Assembly (NCBI GenBank): GCA_002269645.1
Contig: NIVC01003465.1
Span: forward strand, 1 to 30,616
Length of the DNA: 30,616 nucleotides
Direction of reading: 5' to 3'
Source: Macrostomum lignano
Taxonomy: Eukaryota
Position numbers and translations under genes: made by a program. Below, piece after piece: positions 1 to 12,372 of this stretch; within the stretch, counting starts at the first letter, position 1, and every line of letters starts with the position of its first letter. Below the pieces are notes generated by a model. The model worked only from the letters and a program-made list of their open reading frames with translations. It was not told the origin of the DNA and ran no database searches.

Positions 1-331
1 TCGCGTGTCGAGTGCTTATTTTCTGGGAGCAGAGAAGAGCAGATCTGCAACAGGATGAGGCGGGATGGGCGTCGGTTTAGCATAGCCGTCTGAATATAAG
101 CCACATTGGCGTATTAATTCCATGCTGGGCTTGGCCAGGATTCCCCTTGCGACCAACCCCCCCCCCCACCCTGAGCTGCCTGCCTCTCTCCCCCATCTTC
201 CCGCCTTCCTCCCGACATCCTCCTATCCAGTCTCCTTTGCGCCCCCCCACCCTTGGTGTCGGTCGATGAATCGGTGGCGCGAGAAGTGGCCAGCGGCAGA
301 CGGATGAGTCGGGGACCCCGCGCTTAGAGCA

Positions 332-334
<3 letters not shown>

Positions 335-365
<31 letters not shown>

Positions 366-399
366 GTGTGTGTGTCTGTGTGTGTGTGTGTGTGTGTGT
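335..399. repeat. (GT)n microsatellite
   Basis: About 32 GT units with a few interruptions, read directly from the sequence. Confidence 0.97.
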
Positions 400-783
400 C
401 TGACCCAGCGGCGTGACCACATGGCCATACAGTGGGAATCGACGAGTGTCATAGTCGGGCAGCGGGGAGGGGTAAGAAAAAGGGATTGGAGTTGGAGCTC
501 AGAGGAAGAATGAAGCGCGCGAGCAGAGCGAAGATGGAGCTTTAGCCGCGGTTGGGAAGATAGAAAGTGAGTGGGAGAATGAGAATAAACGGTTTATTGC
601 TAAGCGTTCCATCGCAGATTTTTTATTATCGCTGCAACCTACTAAGACATCTGAGTCTCACTTCGCTTCACTTGTCTTGTTTTTTATTTCATTTTCAAAT
701 TATTTTTTTCTCACGGAAATATTTTTCGATACATATAGGCAGTCTATCTCACTTTTACACTTCGGTTTGAGAGAAGTCGTCCA

Positions 784-1286
784 ATAATCTATAGATCTAG
801 CTGGATAATCTATAGACCTAGCTGGATAATCTATAGACCTAGCTGGATAATCTATAGATCTATCTGGATAATCTATAGACCTAGCTGGATAATCTATAGA
901 CCTAGCTGGATAATCTATAGACCTAGCTGGATAATCTATAGATCTAGCTGGATAATCTATATACCAAGCTGGATAATCTATAGATCTATCTGGATAATCT
1001 ATAGACCTAGCTGGATAATCTATAGACCTAGCTGGATAATCTATAGATCTAGCTGGATAATCTATATACCAAGCTGGATAATCTATAGACCTAGCTGGAT
1101 AATCTATAGATCTTGCTGATAATCTATAGATCTAGTTGGATAATCTATAGACCTAGCTGGATAATCTATAGACCTAGCTGGATAATCTATAGATCTAGCT
1201 GGATAATCTATAGATTTAACTGGATAGTCTATAGATGTACCTGGATTATCTATAGACCAAGCTGGATAATCTATAGATCTAGCTGG
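784..1286. repeat. 21-bp minisatellite, consensus GGATAATCTATAGA(C/T)CTAGCT, about 24 units
   Basis: Tandem periodicity visible directly; the IIYRPSW ORF at 1113 is its translation. Edges approximate. Confidence 0.95.
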
Positions 1287-2083
1287 TTAATCGTTAGAAT
1301 ACACTCATTCGCAGTGCTATCCTCAGTAAACAGGCATCCTGATAAACTCAGCCGTGTTTCACACCGATGTGTCAGTCAATTCTACTCTGGCAAAAGCAGT
1401 TTCACCCCGGTTGCTGCTGTTTGTCTGTCAAGCAACTTTCTTTCAAACTTTTTCGCGCTCTAATGTCCGGATGAAGAAGAAATTGATAGGTTTGGCATGG
1501 TTGAGGCAATAAATCCCTGCTGCCTACGCCTAGCCCGTGCGCCATCAATTCCTGTCCATCCCACTCTCCCCTCCCCCATCGCTGTCCCCATCAGCTGGCT
1601 GAAATCTTGTCGGCAGATGTAAAAAACACAGCTAAAATTTGTGTGTATTCTCACGCCCACTGATTCAGTCCAGTCAGTCTAAAAAGAGCGAGAGCGGGAT
1701 AGGGGAAAGGAGGATGAAAATAAAAGATATTCTCCTCATCTCAGTCAGTGCCCAGCTGCCGGCGTCTTCTCCAGTTTTTAGTTGAGGCAGGAAAACGCGA
1801 ATCATCGCCAAATCGAAATTGTTGAAAGGAAATTGGCGGTAATTGGCCAAAGCCACTCCCTGGTGGCATTGCTGACGGCCCGCATATTCAATGCTCAGAG
1901 TCTGTGCTCAGATTGGACTGAACATTCCTTCATTTGTTGGAGAGTTAATTTCGCAAATTCAATGCATTTGGATTGAGCAGTCTTTTAGCTTTTTAGCTTT
2001 TTGCACTGCTTATTGAGGTCTATCAGAGTTGCAAATGAACATTGTGACTGTGTGACAGTTGCTGAGTGAACTGAACACTCAAC

Positions 2084-2726
2084 GAACTGGAGTGAACTCA
2101 ATGAGCTGGAGTGAACTCAATGAGCTGGAGTGAACTCAATGAGCTGGAGTGAACTCAATGAGCTGGAGTGAACTCAATGAGCTGTTCAGAGTGATCGACT
2201 CAATGAGCTGGAGTGAACTCAAATCAGCTGGAGTGAACTCAAATGAGCTGGAGTGAACTCAAATCAGCTGGAGTGACCTCAATGAGCTGGAGTGAACTCA
2301 AATCAGCTGGAGTGAACTCAAATGAGCTGGAGTGAACTCAAATCAGCTGGAGTGACCTCAATGAGCTGGAGTGAACTCAAATCAGCTGGAGTGACCTCAA
2401 TGAGCTGGAGTGAATCAAATCAGCTGGAGTGAACTCAAATGAGCTGGAGTGACCTCAATGAGCTGGAGTGAACTCAAATCAGCTGGAGTGAACTCAAATG
2501 AGCTGGAGTGAACTCAAATCAGCTGGAGTGAACTCAAATGAGCTGGAGTGAACTCAATGATCTGGAGTGAACTCAAATCAGCTGGAGTGAACTCAAATCA
2601 GCTGGAGTGACCTCAATGAGCTGGAGTGAACTAAACGAACTAGAGTGAACTCAATGAACTGGAGTAAACTCAATGAACTGGAGTAAACTCAATGAGCTGG
2701 AGTGAACTCAAATGAGCTGGAGTGAA
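2084..2726. repeat. 19/20-bp minisatellite, consensus GAGCTGGAGTGAACTCAA(A)T, about 33 units
   Basis: Tandem periodicity visible directly. Edges approximate. Confidence 0.95.
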
Positions 2727-4614
2727 TTAAGAACTCAATGACCTCGAAACATGAAACTATCATTTACACATTATGAAGCACTGTTGTTATTGTTAGCTTT
2801 TAATCAACGCCCACCCCCTTCCAGCGTCCATAGGACCTCTCGCCGCTTGCCTGTTGCTAAATATTTAATTGAGCATTTTTCACAGTACCTGTAGAGAATG
2901 CAGAGATGTAAAACCGTGATGAGTTAGACGCATGAAGCCCTCATGACAGTCGTGGCCACGCTTCCTGACAGGCCATTATATGACTCATCATAGCGAGAAG
3001 TTAAGCCAGAGTTAGTAGCCACTTCATATCTGAGAACTATTGGTAGATAATAGACAGGTAGATAGGTGAGTAACGCCCCCCACATTGAAAGCTAACTGAT
3101 ATAGATCAATCAATCAATAGTTTAAATGAGCAAGTTTGCAAAGTAATTTAAGTGCACTTTAAGTGCTTGTACGGTTGAATCTTGAATACTTTACTGGAGG
3201 CCAATTTTCAATGCAAATTAATAATTAAAAATGCAAATGAATCCATGTGGCTCAACGATTGTCTATGGCCGAAACCATGTACGGGGTAGGGCATTGAATT
3301 TAAGACATCGAGTAGACTTGAAAATCAGACTTGAATTCAACTGCTCTGTGTATTAAACTCAATGCTCTATCTGTGCCATAGACAATAGACGGTGTTTCGA
3401 CCATAGACAAAAGTAGAAACATTATTTGATTTTGATTGGCAGTGTCTTAAAATGAAACGCTCAAATTTTTGAATTGTTCTTTCTAGACGGAGATTTGTCT
3501 ATGGTAAAACTATATTTGGTTTGATCACAGGGTATTGTTATAGGGTAGATTTGTAGCGACCTTCTGGATGCATACTTTAAATATGATGAATAAATGATAA
3601 AGACTTGCGATTAGCTCACCGGAACCGGAACTCCGAACCAGGAGCTGGGAACTGCGGTCTACGGTCCAAAGAATTTCAGTCGAACTTGGGCAAACTTGGG
3701 CAGGCAACTGCTTTTTAAAGAGGAAGAAATAATGTTATTCTTACTGAACTATTCAGGCCAGTTGTTGGAAAGTCTTCTTCCTTCGCTTTCTCTATCCCTC
3801 TCTCTCTCTCTCTAGTTATCCTTGCCAACTATGGGGATATTTCTACTTTGAGGGGGTCCCCCCAGTTCCACTGACCCATGGCCCACAGTCCAGCCCTACT
3901 ATTGGTTGGCATCTGTCCACCCTGCTGAATCGTCTCGTCTGTAGGCTGAGGGTGCGGATAGTTAGTAGCCCCGGCTTATTCTTATATTATTCATCTTTCA
4001 GTAACCATTCGACCTTATTCGTGGCTTCCATAAACTCCTGGGTTACGAGATCAGCTTAACAAGATACTTGCGCTGGGAAGAAAAGCGCATTGTCTATGTA
4101 GCAATGATGTCTTTTTTGCCCTCCCCCACCCGACTGTTATCGATTCCGAACTAGGGAAGAAACTGCATGGGGAAGTTTTATTTAGCTGGTCGCCTACCTG
4201 AATAGCAACTGGCGCGACAGGCTTTAGGAGAGAAATTCGATATTGCAGCTGAGGGTCGGGGGGGGGGATGGCAGGTCCGGCATTCCATTCGAGTATTCAC
4301 TGCCGGCCCCATGCACCAGCTTACTAGATATCGGCTCCTTTTTACAATCTTGATACGATCGGCACTAGGCCAAGGCTTGAACACTGAACTTCACTGGCTC
4401 TTGGTCAAGCGTTAAGAAATAATCAAGTACATCGGTGGGGGACAGAGCTTGCTCTAAAGTAAAATAAATGGCTACTGTCACTTGACTTTAAGCAATTTTA
4501 AGTACGTGTCATTCTTTACTTGGTTGTCTTTTAAACCAGAGAGAAGAACCTTAAACAGTTGTTGTGGCTTGTAGTCTGTGGTAGAGGTGCAGCTTGGAAT
4601 TGCGAGCTGTCTGC

Positions 4615-6293
4615 TTGATTGGCTTTATTGTCTATGGCCGAGTGCAGTTCTGCTGCAGTAAGTGGCTTTGATTGGCTTTATTGTCTATGGCCGAGTGCAG
4701 TTCTGCGGCAGTAAGTGGCTTTGATTGGCTTTATTGTCTATGGCCGAGTGCAGTTCTGCTGCAGTAAGTGGCTTTGATTGGCTTTATTGTCTATGGCCGA
4801 GTGCAGTTCTGCGGCAGTAAGTGGCTTTGATTGGCTTTATTGTCTATGGCCGAGTGCAGTTCTGCTGGCAGTAAGTGGCTTTGATTGGCTTTATTGTCTA
4901 TGGCCGAGTGCAGTTCTGCTGCAGTAAGTGGCTTTGATTGGCTTTATTGTCTATGGCCGAGTGCAGTTCTGCGGCAGTAAGTGGCTTTGATTGGCTTTAT
5001 TGTCTATGGCCGAGTGCAGTTCTGCTGCAGTAAGTGGCTTTGATTGGCTTTATTGTCTATGGCCGAGTGCAGTTCTGCGGCGCAGTCAGTGGCTTTGATT
5101 GGCTTTATTGTCTATGGCCGAGTGCAGTTCTGCTGCAGTAAGTGGCTTTGATTGGCTTTATTGTCTATGGCCGAGTGCAGTTCTGCTGCAGTAAGTGGCT
5201 TTGATTGGCTTTATTGTCTATGGCCGAGTGCAGTTCTGCTGCAGTAAGTGGCTTTGATTGGCTTTATTGTCTATGGCCGAGTGCAGTTCTGCTGCAGTAA
5301 GTGGCTTTGATTGGCTTTATTGTCTATGGCCGAGTGCAGTTCTGCTGCAGTAAGTGGCTTTGATTGGCTTTATTGTCTATGGCCGAGTGCAGTTCTGCTG
5401 CAGTAAGTGGCTTTGATTGGCTTTATTGTCTATGGCCGAGTGCAGTTCTGCTGCAGTAAGTGGCTTTGATTGGCTTTATTGTCTATGGCCGAGTGCAGTT
5501 CTGCGGCAGTAAGTGGCTTTGATTAGCTTTATTGTCTATGGCCGAGTGCAGTTATGCGGCAATCAGTGGCTTTGATTGGCTTTATTGTCTATGGCCGAGT
5601 GCAGTTCTGCTGCAGTAAGTGGCTTTGATTGGCTTTATTGTCTATGGCCGAGTGCAGTTCTGCTGCAGTAAGTGGCTTTGATTGGCTTTATTGTCTATGG
5701 CCGAGTGCAGTTCTGCTGCAGTAAGTGGCTTTGATTGGCTTTATTGTCTATGGCCGAGTGCAGTTATGCGGCAATCAGTGGCTTTGATTGGCTTTATTGT
5801 CTATGGCCCAGTGCAGTTCTGCGGCAGTAAGTGGCTTTGATTGGCTTTATTGTCTATGGCCGAGTGCAGTTCTGCTGCAGTCAGTGGCTTTGATTGGCTT
5901 TATTGTCTATGGCCGAGTGCAGTTCTGCTGCAGTCAGTGGCTTTGATTGGCTTTATTGTCTATGGCCGAGTGCAGTTCTGCTGCAGTAAGTGGCTTTGAT
6001 TGGCTTTATTGTCTATGGCCGAGTGCAGTTCTGCTGCAGTAAGTGGCTTTGATTGGCTTTATTGTCTATGGCCAAGTGCAGTTCTGCGGCAGTCAGTGGC
6101 TTTGATTGGCTTTATTGTCTATGGCCGAGTGCAGTTCTGCTGCAGTAAGTGGCTTTGATTGGCTTTATTGTCTATGGCCGAGTGCAGTTCTGTGGCAGTC
6201 AGTGGCTTTGATTGGCTTTATTGTCTATGGCCGAGTGCAGTTCTGCTGCAGTAAGTGGCTTTGATTGGCTTTATTGTCTATGGCCGAGTGCAG
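4615..6293. repeat. 53-bp satellite TTGATTGGCTTTATTGTCTATGGCCGAGTGCAGTTCTGCTGCAGTAAGTGGCT, about 32 units
   Basis: Period of 53 measured between 4621 and 4674; units are highly homogeneous. Confidence 0.97.
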
Positions 6294-7010
6294 GATCGCC
6301 AGAATGATGGAAAAGTGAAAAGTTAGATTTGAACTGGGAGTCAACTTTTGCTGTTGAAAGGCTGCCTTCAACCCCGTAGCGACAGATTAATCGATGAAGT
6401 AAGCGAGGCGAGAGTCGAGAAACTGGATGTTGGAGGGGAGCCTATGATGCCTGAATTATGCATGTCAGATGAGGCCTTGACACTTTGCTAGCATCAGCAA
6501 ACTCCGACAATCCCAACTGAGGTGCCGAGACTCGAACCCCTAGATGGCGAGCTCTCTTCGACAGCTGTTCAAATTTCGTCGAATTCTCGATGAGTCAGTT
6601 GAGAGAACAGAGTAGGACAGACGCTCGGGGGGATTACCGCCAGAGATTAGAGAGGAAAGAGGGAATGAAGGAAAATACAAAGACGTCGAGTGGTTTTGAG
6701 CTGGAGAACAAGTCCGCCTGATCAATCTGATGGAGCATTAGAAAATGCCAGGCCACGGCAGCTGAAGTAGACGTGGCTAAAGTGAGAGGAGAGCGACCGA
6801 GCCATTTAAACTGAGTGGAGACTCCTCTTCTCCCCCATGGGAGGCGGCAAATCAAACGAAGTTTTAGAGCCATTATTTTAGAAGTTTGTAAAAGAGTTTA
6901 CAAAATCTTTAGGAGCAGAGCGTTACGCTTCAAGGCATGACTTGGAAAACTTGAGATAAACTTAATACGATCTTAAATCCGGGTTTAGGTACAAAAAGCC
7001 AAGGATTACT

Positions 7011-7325
7011 TTATTAATAAGTAATAATTGATTACACCTGTCGTGTCCTAATGGCCAGATGTGCAACCGACAGCTCAGCCGCAGCTATTGCGCGGCGCAT
7101 CTGAAGGCTGCGTACGGCTGTTCAGTCCAAGGACTGGGGGGTCGCCACACACCCTCAATTACCCCAGCTAAAGCTGGCACCCATTTTACAGCTGGGTGAA
7201 CTGAAGCAATGCAGAGTTGAGTGTCTTGCTCAAGGACACAAATTGTTCCGAGTGGGTCAAGAATCGAACCCCTGACTTTTCAGTCGTGAGTCCGACGCTC
7301 TAACCACTAGGCTGCAACCCGGCTT
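7011..7325 (-). mobile_element. tRNA-derived SINE (315 bp) with a CORE/Meta-like central domain
   Basis: Minus strand: A-box-like GCCTAGTGGTTAG, B box GGTTCGATTC (7261-7270), central TGTGTCCTTGAGCAAGACACT...CCCAGCTGTAAAATGGGTGCC and an AT-rich tail. Flanked by the exact direct repeat AAGGATTACT at 7001-7010 and 7326-7335. The superfamily label is from recalled similarity only. Confidence 0.85.
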
Positions 7326-9076
7326 AAGGATTACTGTAGTAGGATGACGCAATTGATTTGAAAATTGCAACTTCGCTTCAATGTGCAACTAAAGGTGATT
7401 ATTTACTATTATAGAGGTCCGAAAAACAATGCTAATTGGATCAAAAACATGGAACAATTCCAATGCATCTTGTCTTAATATTAACAATAATATTAACAGC
7501 GGTCAGAGAAGCGTGATCGTCACTATAGGTGAGGCTGGATATAACAGGGACGGAACAGACTCTCTGGTAATGATGCAACCGCGTAACTTTTTGCTCCCGG
7601 CTAAACACCTATTAGTAGAGCTTGTAAAAGCATGCAGTCGAGCGATCTGCCTAATATATGGTGACAAAATGCGAACTGACGGCCAACGACTCGAAACTGC
7701 GGAACAGCAGCCGATGACTAATGACTCTACTTTCTCCGTCACTTTTCCCCTCCGGCCGAGGATGTCCACTCTGGCTTCATCAACTAGCTCTTATCGATTG
7801 CGTCACTCAATAATTCAGCGGTCGCGGATCATGGGTGCATTGGAAGCGTAAGCTTGCGTGGAAACACTCCAGATTTGGGAGCTGCAGTTCCGCATGGCAG
7901 CGAAGATCGGTCATCCTAGTTAGAAACTGGGATACAAGAGTCGAGAGAATTTTTTAACACATTTTTCAGGGAAGAACAAACTGCCTACCCGCGAAGACCG
8001 GGTAAGGATTTACGTGTAGCCGGTAAGCCCGCTGATGACTGCGCGACTGTTGGATCTGTTCAGGCGAATAGCGGTAGAAAGCTGGCGCGTTAACTGGGCT
8101 GTCTGTCAGTTTGTGTTTCTCTACTATCCACTGCAAGGCGGGACCAGATCTTATACTAACTGCATGCTATGCAGAATAGCGTCAGCTGCTGCATGCCGTA
8201 CAGGTATTAAAGAGAAACATCAAACAAATATGCAAAATAAATAATCGAAATAGGCATGAAAGTAGAACAGGGAATGCATTGAAGGAATGTTACAGAAAAA
8301 GTTAGAGATGCTTGGCTATGCAAACAGGATTTCAACTTTGAGTTACATAAGCCTAAAGCAGCTGCAAGAGCCAGCTTGACGACTACAAGTTCATCGTTTA
8401 TTTCTAATTTTCAAGCAGTTTAGATATAAAATTGGTTCAGGCATTCAGGCTGTAGACTGAAATACCGGTCAGATCTTAGAGATTTAGTATATTGTGATTC
8501 TACAGGCATCTGGCACAACCAGAAATATTTCCATCAACCATATCCTCTGCTGGTTGTACCACATCTACGAGCGCTCGTACATGTACCTCGTCGCCTTTTC
8601 GCACGAAATGTAAAAGCAGAATTTGTGGTATGACATGAGGAAGCTCTTGAAAATCGTTATCACTATAAAATTATTGACTATAAATTAAAAGGAAGTAAAA
8701 GGCAAAACATTCGAACACAAGAACAAGAAAGTTTACACTAAATTTCCGGGTTTAAAATAGAACACATAAAAACAAAGTAACTGTGTGCTGGTGAAAATCT
8801 AAAAATTACAATGTAAAAATACTTTTGAAAATTATTTTAAAACGTTTTATTTCTCACTGAAGTGTAAGTGCTTCATAAGACTATCAAGCAGAGTTAGCAT
8901 TCTTTGCCGTTTTTAGTTTCGAATCTTGCCAAAGTTTATTTTTTAACTTTAGTTTTACATCGCTATATAATAACCAGAATTGATTTTTCGTCAACTATTT
9001 CACTTCAATTGAGGTTGAAGTGAATTAAAAGAATTGAAGTGAGGTTGAAGGACTCAATCCTGCTGCACATTAGCAA

Positions 9077-9144
9077 ATGTCCCGACCGTATGCGATGGAG
9101 CTCTTATGGCAAGATCGTGAGATCCGATTTGACCTTGAATTAAG
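9077..9144 (+). CDS. BBS5: BBS5 exon 1 (MSRPYAMELLWQDREIRFDLEL-R)
   Basis: Matches the BBS5 N-terminal motif LWEDRDVRFD; donor AG|GTAAAT; phase 2 joins exon 2 in frame. Confidence 0.9.
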
Positions 9145-9617
9145 GTAAATATTTCGAAACAGAAACATGAGAAGAGGTAGTCGGTAAATCGTTTTTCATT
9201 TCTAGACCTAGTAAAAATGCACCGCATAAATTGTTGTTTAAGAGAAGTAAAGAATTAGTCGAATTCAATTATTAAATTGATTTTTAGGTTGATTTTGAAT
9301 TTAAACTTTTCCGCTGACACTGTCGCACTACTCATTAGTATCTAAGTCTCATAGACGCCTGAAGAATTCCCTTAAAGGACAAATAATACAGTATTTAAAT
9401 AATTTTTCACCTAAATGACCTGTTTCTATTCATTTAAAAACATTATTAAATAAATAAAACTAAAATATAAGTAACACAAAACAAACATTTTATATGTCAA
9501 TGTCTATTAAAGTTTAATTTATTATAAGCATAAAAACGAATTATTTAAAACGATAGTACTCAAAACGTTTTTTACCACAAATACCACTAACATACAATAT
9601 TTTTTTATTTTATCAAG

Positions 9618-9700
9618 GCTTCTAAACTTGCGACCAGGCGAAAAAGTGGTTGATCGCCTTGATTTAGTGGAAGATACAAAAGGAAATAATGGTGATAAGG
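9618..9700 (+). CDS. BBS5: BBS5 exon 2 (LLNLRPGEKVVDRLDLVEDTKGNNGDK-G)
   Basis: EDTKGNNG signature; acceptor TCAAG|, donor G|GTAAGT; 83 nt. Confidence 0.95.
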
Positions 9701-9786
9701 GTAAGTCAGTCAGAACTAAACAAAAAGCGTAGCAATTTTGTTCCTTAATCAAGTTTAATTACATAGCCAACGAATCAAATTTTCAG

Positions 9787-9852
9787 GTCGGCTAATCATC
9801 ACAACTTTGCGTCTTATTTGGCATTCCCACAGATCTCCAAGAATTAATCTTT
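9787..9852 (+). CDS. BBS5: BBS5 exon 3 (RLIITTLRLIWHSHRSPRINL-S)
   Basis: Matches GRLLVTNLRILWHS; TTTCAG| and |GTAAGA; 66 nt. Confidence 0.95.
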
Positions 9853-9943
9853 GTAAGAATTATAATTTAATTAATTAATACTCGTACAACCACAGGAAAA
9901 AAGTATAAATAATATCTGTAGCATAATTTAACTAAAATTTCAG

Positions 9944-9993
9944 CTATTGGCTATAACTGCGTCTTATGCATTACTATAAAGCCAACACATTCG
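9944..9993 (+). CDS. BBS5: BBS5 exon 4 (IGYNCVLCITIKPTHS)
   Basis: Matches the SVGYNCI motif; TTTCAG| and |GTAAGA; 50 nt. Confidence 0.95.
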
Positions 9994-10108
9994 GTAAGAA
10001 AACAAAAAACTAACCTTTTTAAATCAAATATTTAGTATCAACTTTTATACGCTTGCAATTTAGTATATAAGCTGTATTAAGCCTCCAAACTCGCACGCAC
10101 GAGTGTAG

Positions 10109-10236
10109 AAACAGCGCGGCAATGTGGAGGCGCTGTTTGTGCTGACCAAATTTGGTCAGACGCGATTCGAGTTCATTTTCACTAGCTTGGAGCCCGGCTC
10201 GCCCCGCCTGTTCTCCTCCGTTATGGCGGTTCATAG
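10109..10236 (+). CDS. BBS5: BBS5 exon 5 ([43 protein letters not shown])
   Basis: TRFEFIFT and PGSPRLF signatures; GTAG| and AG|GTAAAT; 128 nt. Confidence 0.96.
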
Positions 10237-10342
10237 GTAAATAAAAAATTATTATTTTGCTTCTGTTTATACAAACTACTAATATTATAAATGTTGGCAT
10301 TGGTAACACCGCTATAGCAAGAAAAATATCTGGCCTTCCCAG

Positions 10343-10574
10343 GTCCTACGAATCCAGCCGAGCCTACCGCGACCTGAAGCTGCGCACAGCCATCATAGCC
10401 GACAAGCGGCTCAAGCTGCTGCCGCAGGAGGAGCTGCTCTCGGAAGTGACCGGCGTGTGGAATCTCAGCTCCGACCAGGGCAACCTGGGTACCTTCTGCG
10501 TCACCAATGTGCGCCTGGTCTGGTTCGCCACGATGAACGAAGCATTCAACATCAGCGTGCCTTACATGCAGATG
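10343..10574 (+). CDS. BBS5: BBS5 exon 6 (SYESSRAYRDLKLR...GVWNLSSDQGNLGTF...ISVPYMQM)
   Basis: GVWNLSSDQGNLGTF hallmark; CCCAG| and |GTAGAC; 232 nt. Confidence 0.98.
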
Positions 10575-10595
10575 GTAGACAGATAAACTACTGAC

Positions 10596-11180
<585 letters not shown>

Positions 11181-11219
11181 ACTGTCAGTGCTCATAAACT
11201 CAACTCTTGATGTTTTTAG

Positions 11220-11282
11220 AAATCCGTTCGCATCAAGGACTCAAAGTTCGGCCTTGCCCTTGTGGTTGAAACCATTGCTCAG
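11220..11282 (+). CDS. BBS5: BBS5 exon 7 (KSVRIKDSKFGLALVVETIAQ)
   Basis: DSKFGLALV signature; TTTTAG| and CAG|GTGTGA; 63 nt. Confidence 0.97.
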
Positions 11283-11358
11283 GTGTGAAAGCGTTTTATT
11301 GTCTTGAAAAAGCTTGGCCATTTATTCGCTAGGTTAAAAGCCGTCGTAAAACCCGCAG

Positions 11359-11577
11359 AGCGGAGGCTACGTGCTGGGCTTTCGCATTGACCCAGCAGAC
11401 AAGCTGAAGTCGGTGGCGCAGGAGCTGCAGAGTCTCCAGCGAGTCTACTCCAGCGACCCGGTGCTCGGAGTTCAGTTCGACCGGCTGCCCGAGGAGGAGA
11501 CGCGCGGCCTGCTGGTCGAGCAGGAGCAGGACGACCTGGAGATGGATGAGGGTGACGAGCAGAAGGACGTGTTTGCT
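11359..11577 (+). CDS. BBS5: BBS5 exon 8 (SGGYVLGFRIDPADKL...DEQKDVFA)
   Basis: SGGYVLGF(R/K)IDP signature; CGCAG| and |GTGAGC; 219 nt. The rest of track ORF 11371-12048 is intronic repeat. Confidence 0.97.
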
Positions 11578-11648
11578 GTGAGCTGCGTTTTGAGGGCTGC
11601 GAAAGGAGACATCCGGGAGGAAGTCAGGCTAACAGGGAAGATGGGTGC

Positions 11649-12180
11649 TTTGGTTTCCAGGTGGGAAGACGGTTGGGTTTCCAGGTGGGAAGACAGTTGG
11701 CTTTCCAGGAAGACAGTTGGCTTTCCAGGAAGACAGTTGGCTTTCCAGGAAGACAGTTGGCTTTCCAGGAAGACAGTTGGCTTTCCAGGAAGACAGTTGG
11801 CTTTCCAGGAAGACAGTTGGCTTTCCAGGAAGACAGTTGGCTTTCCAGGAAGACAGTTGGCTTTCCAGGAAGACAGTTGGCTTTCCAGGAAGACAGTTGG
11901 CTTTCTAGGAAGACAGTTGGCTTTCCAGGAAGACAGTTGGCTTTCTAGGAAGACAGTTGGCTTTCCAGGAAGACAGTTGGCTTTCCAGGAAGACAGTTGG
12001 CTTTCCAGGAAGACAGTTGGCTTTCCAGGAAGACAGTTGGCTTTCTAGGAAGACAGTTGGCTTTCCAGGAAGACAGTTGGCTTTCCAGGAAGACAGTTGG
12101 CTTTCCAGGAAGACAGTTGGCTTTCCAGGAAGACAGTTTGGTTTCCAGGTAGGAAGACGGTAGGTCTCTAGGTGGGAAAA
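11649..12180. repeat. 20-bp minisatellite GGCTTTCCAGGAAGACAGTT in BBS5 intron 8
   Basis: About 22 near-perfect units with degenerate flanking units. Confidence 0.96.
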
Positions 12181-12372
12181 CGATGGACGGGTTTCCAGAT
12201 GGTACGGGATGTGCCTGGGTTTCCGGTAGGAATTCAGAGGTAGACATGTGGTATCAAGGTGAAAAGTAACAAAAGCAGTCTGATTTTCCAGCTGTAAAAA
12301 ATTCTATACCTACAAGCTACTATCAGTAGACTGTGCGCCTATTTATTTCTATTTTTCCCTCTTGCCGCCAAG

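Noticed and set aside
6520-6545. B-box-like GGTTCGAGTC on the minus strand
   Set aside because: No A box or cloverleaf upstream.
6300-7900. ORFs at 6540, 6634, 7429 and 7503, and a short STLAS(L/S)TSS resemblance between about 6390 (minus) and 7765 (plus)
   Set aside because: No recognisable domain and the similarity is too short; possibly decayed transposon sequence but not supportable.
8027-8099. Hammerhead-like CTGATGA...GAAA with a possible GCCCG/TGGGC stem I
   Set aside because: Stem II does not close next to GAAA and there is no NUH cleavage triplet in register.
8400-9076. X-box or core promoter for BBS5
   Set aside because: A manual scan found no convincing GTTNYY-AT-RRNAAC or other definable promoter motif.
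9060-9079. AG three bases before the BBS5 ATG as a spliced-leader acceptor
   Set aside because: No clear polypyrimidine tract and the species is not established; needs 5' cDNA data.
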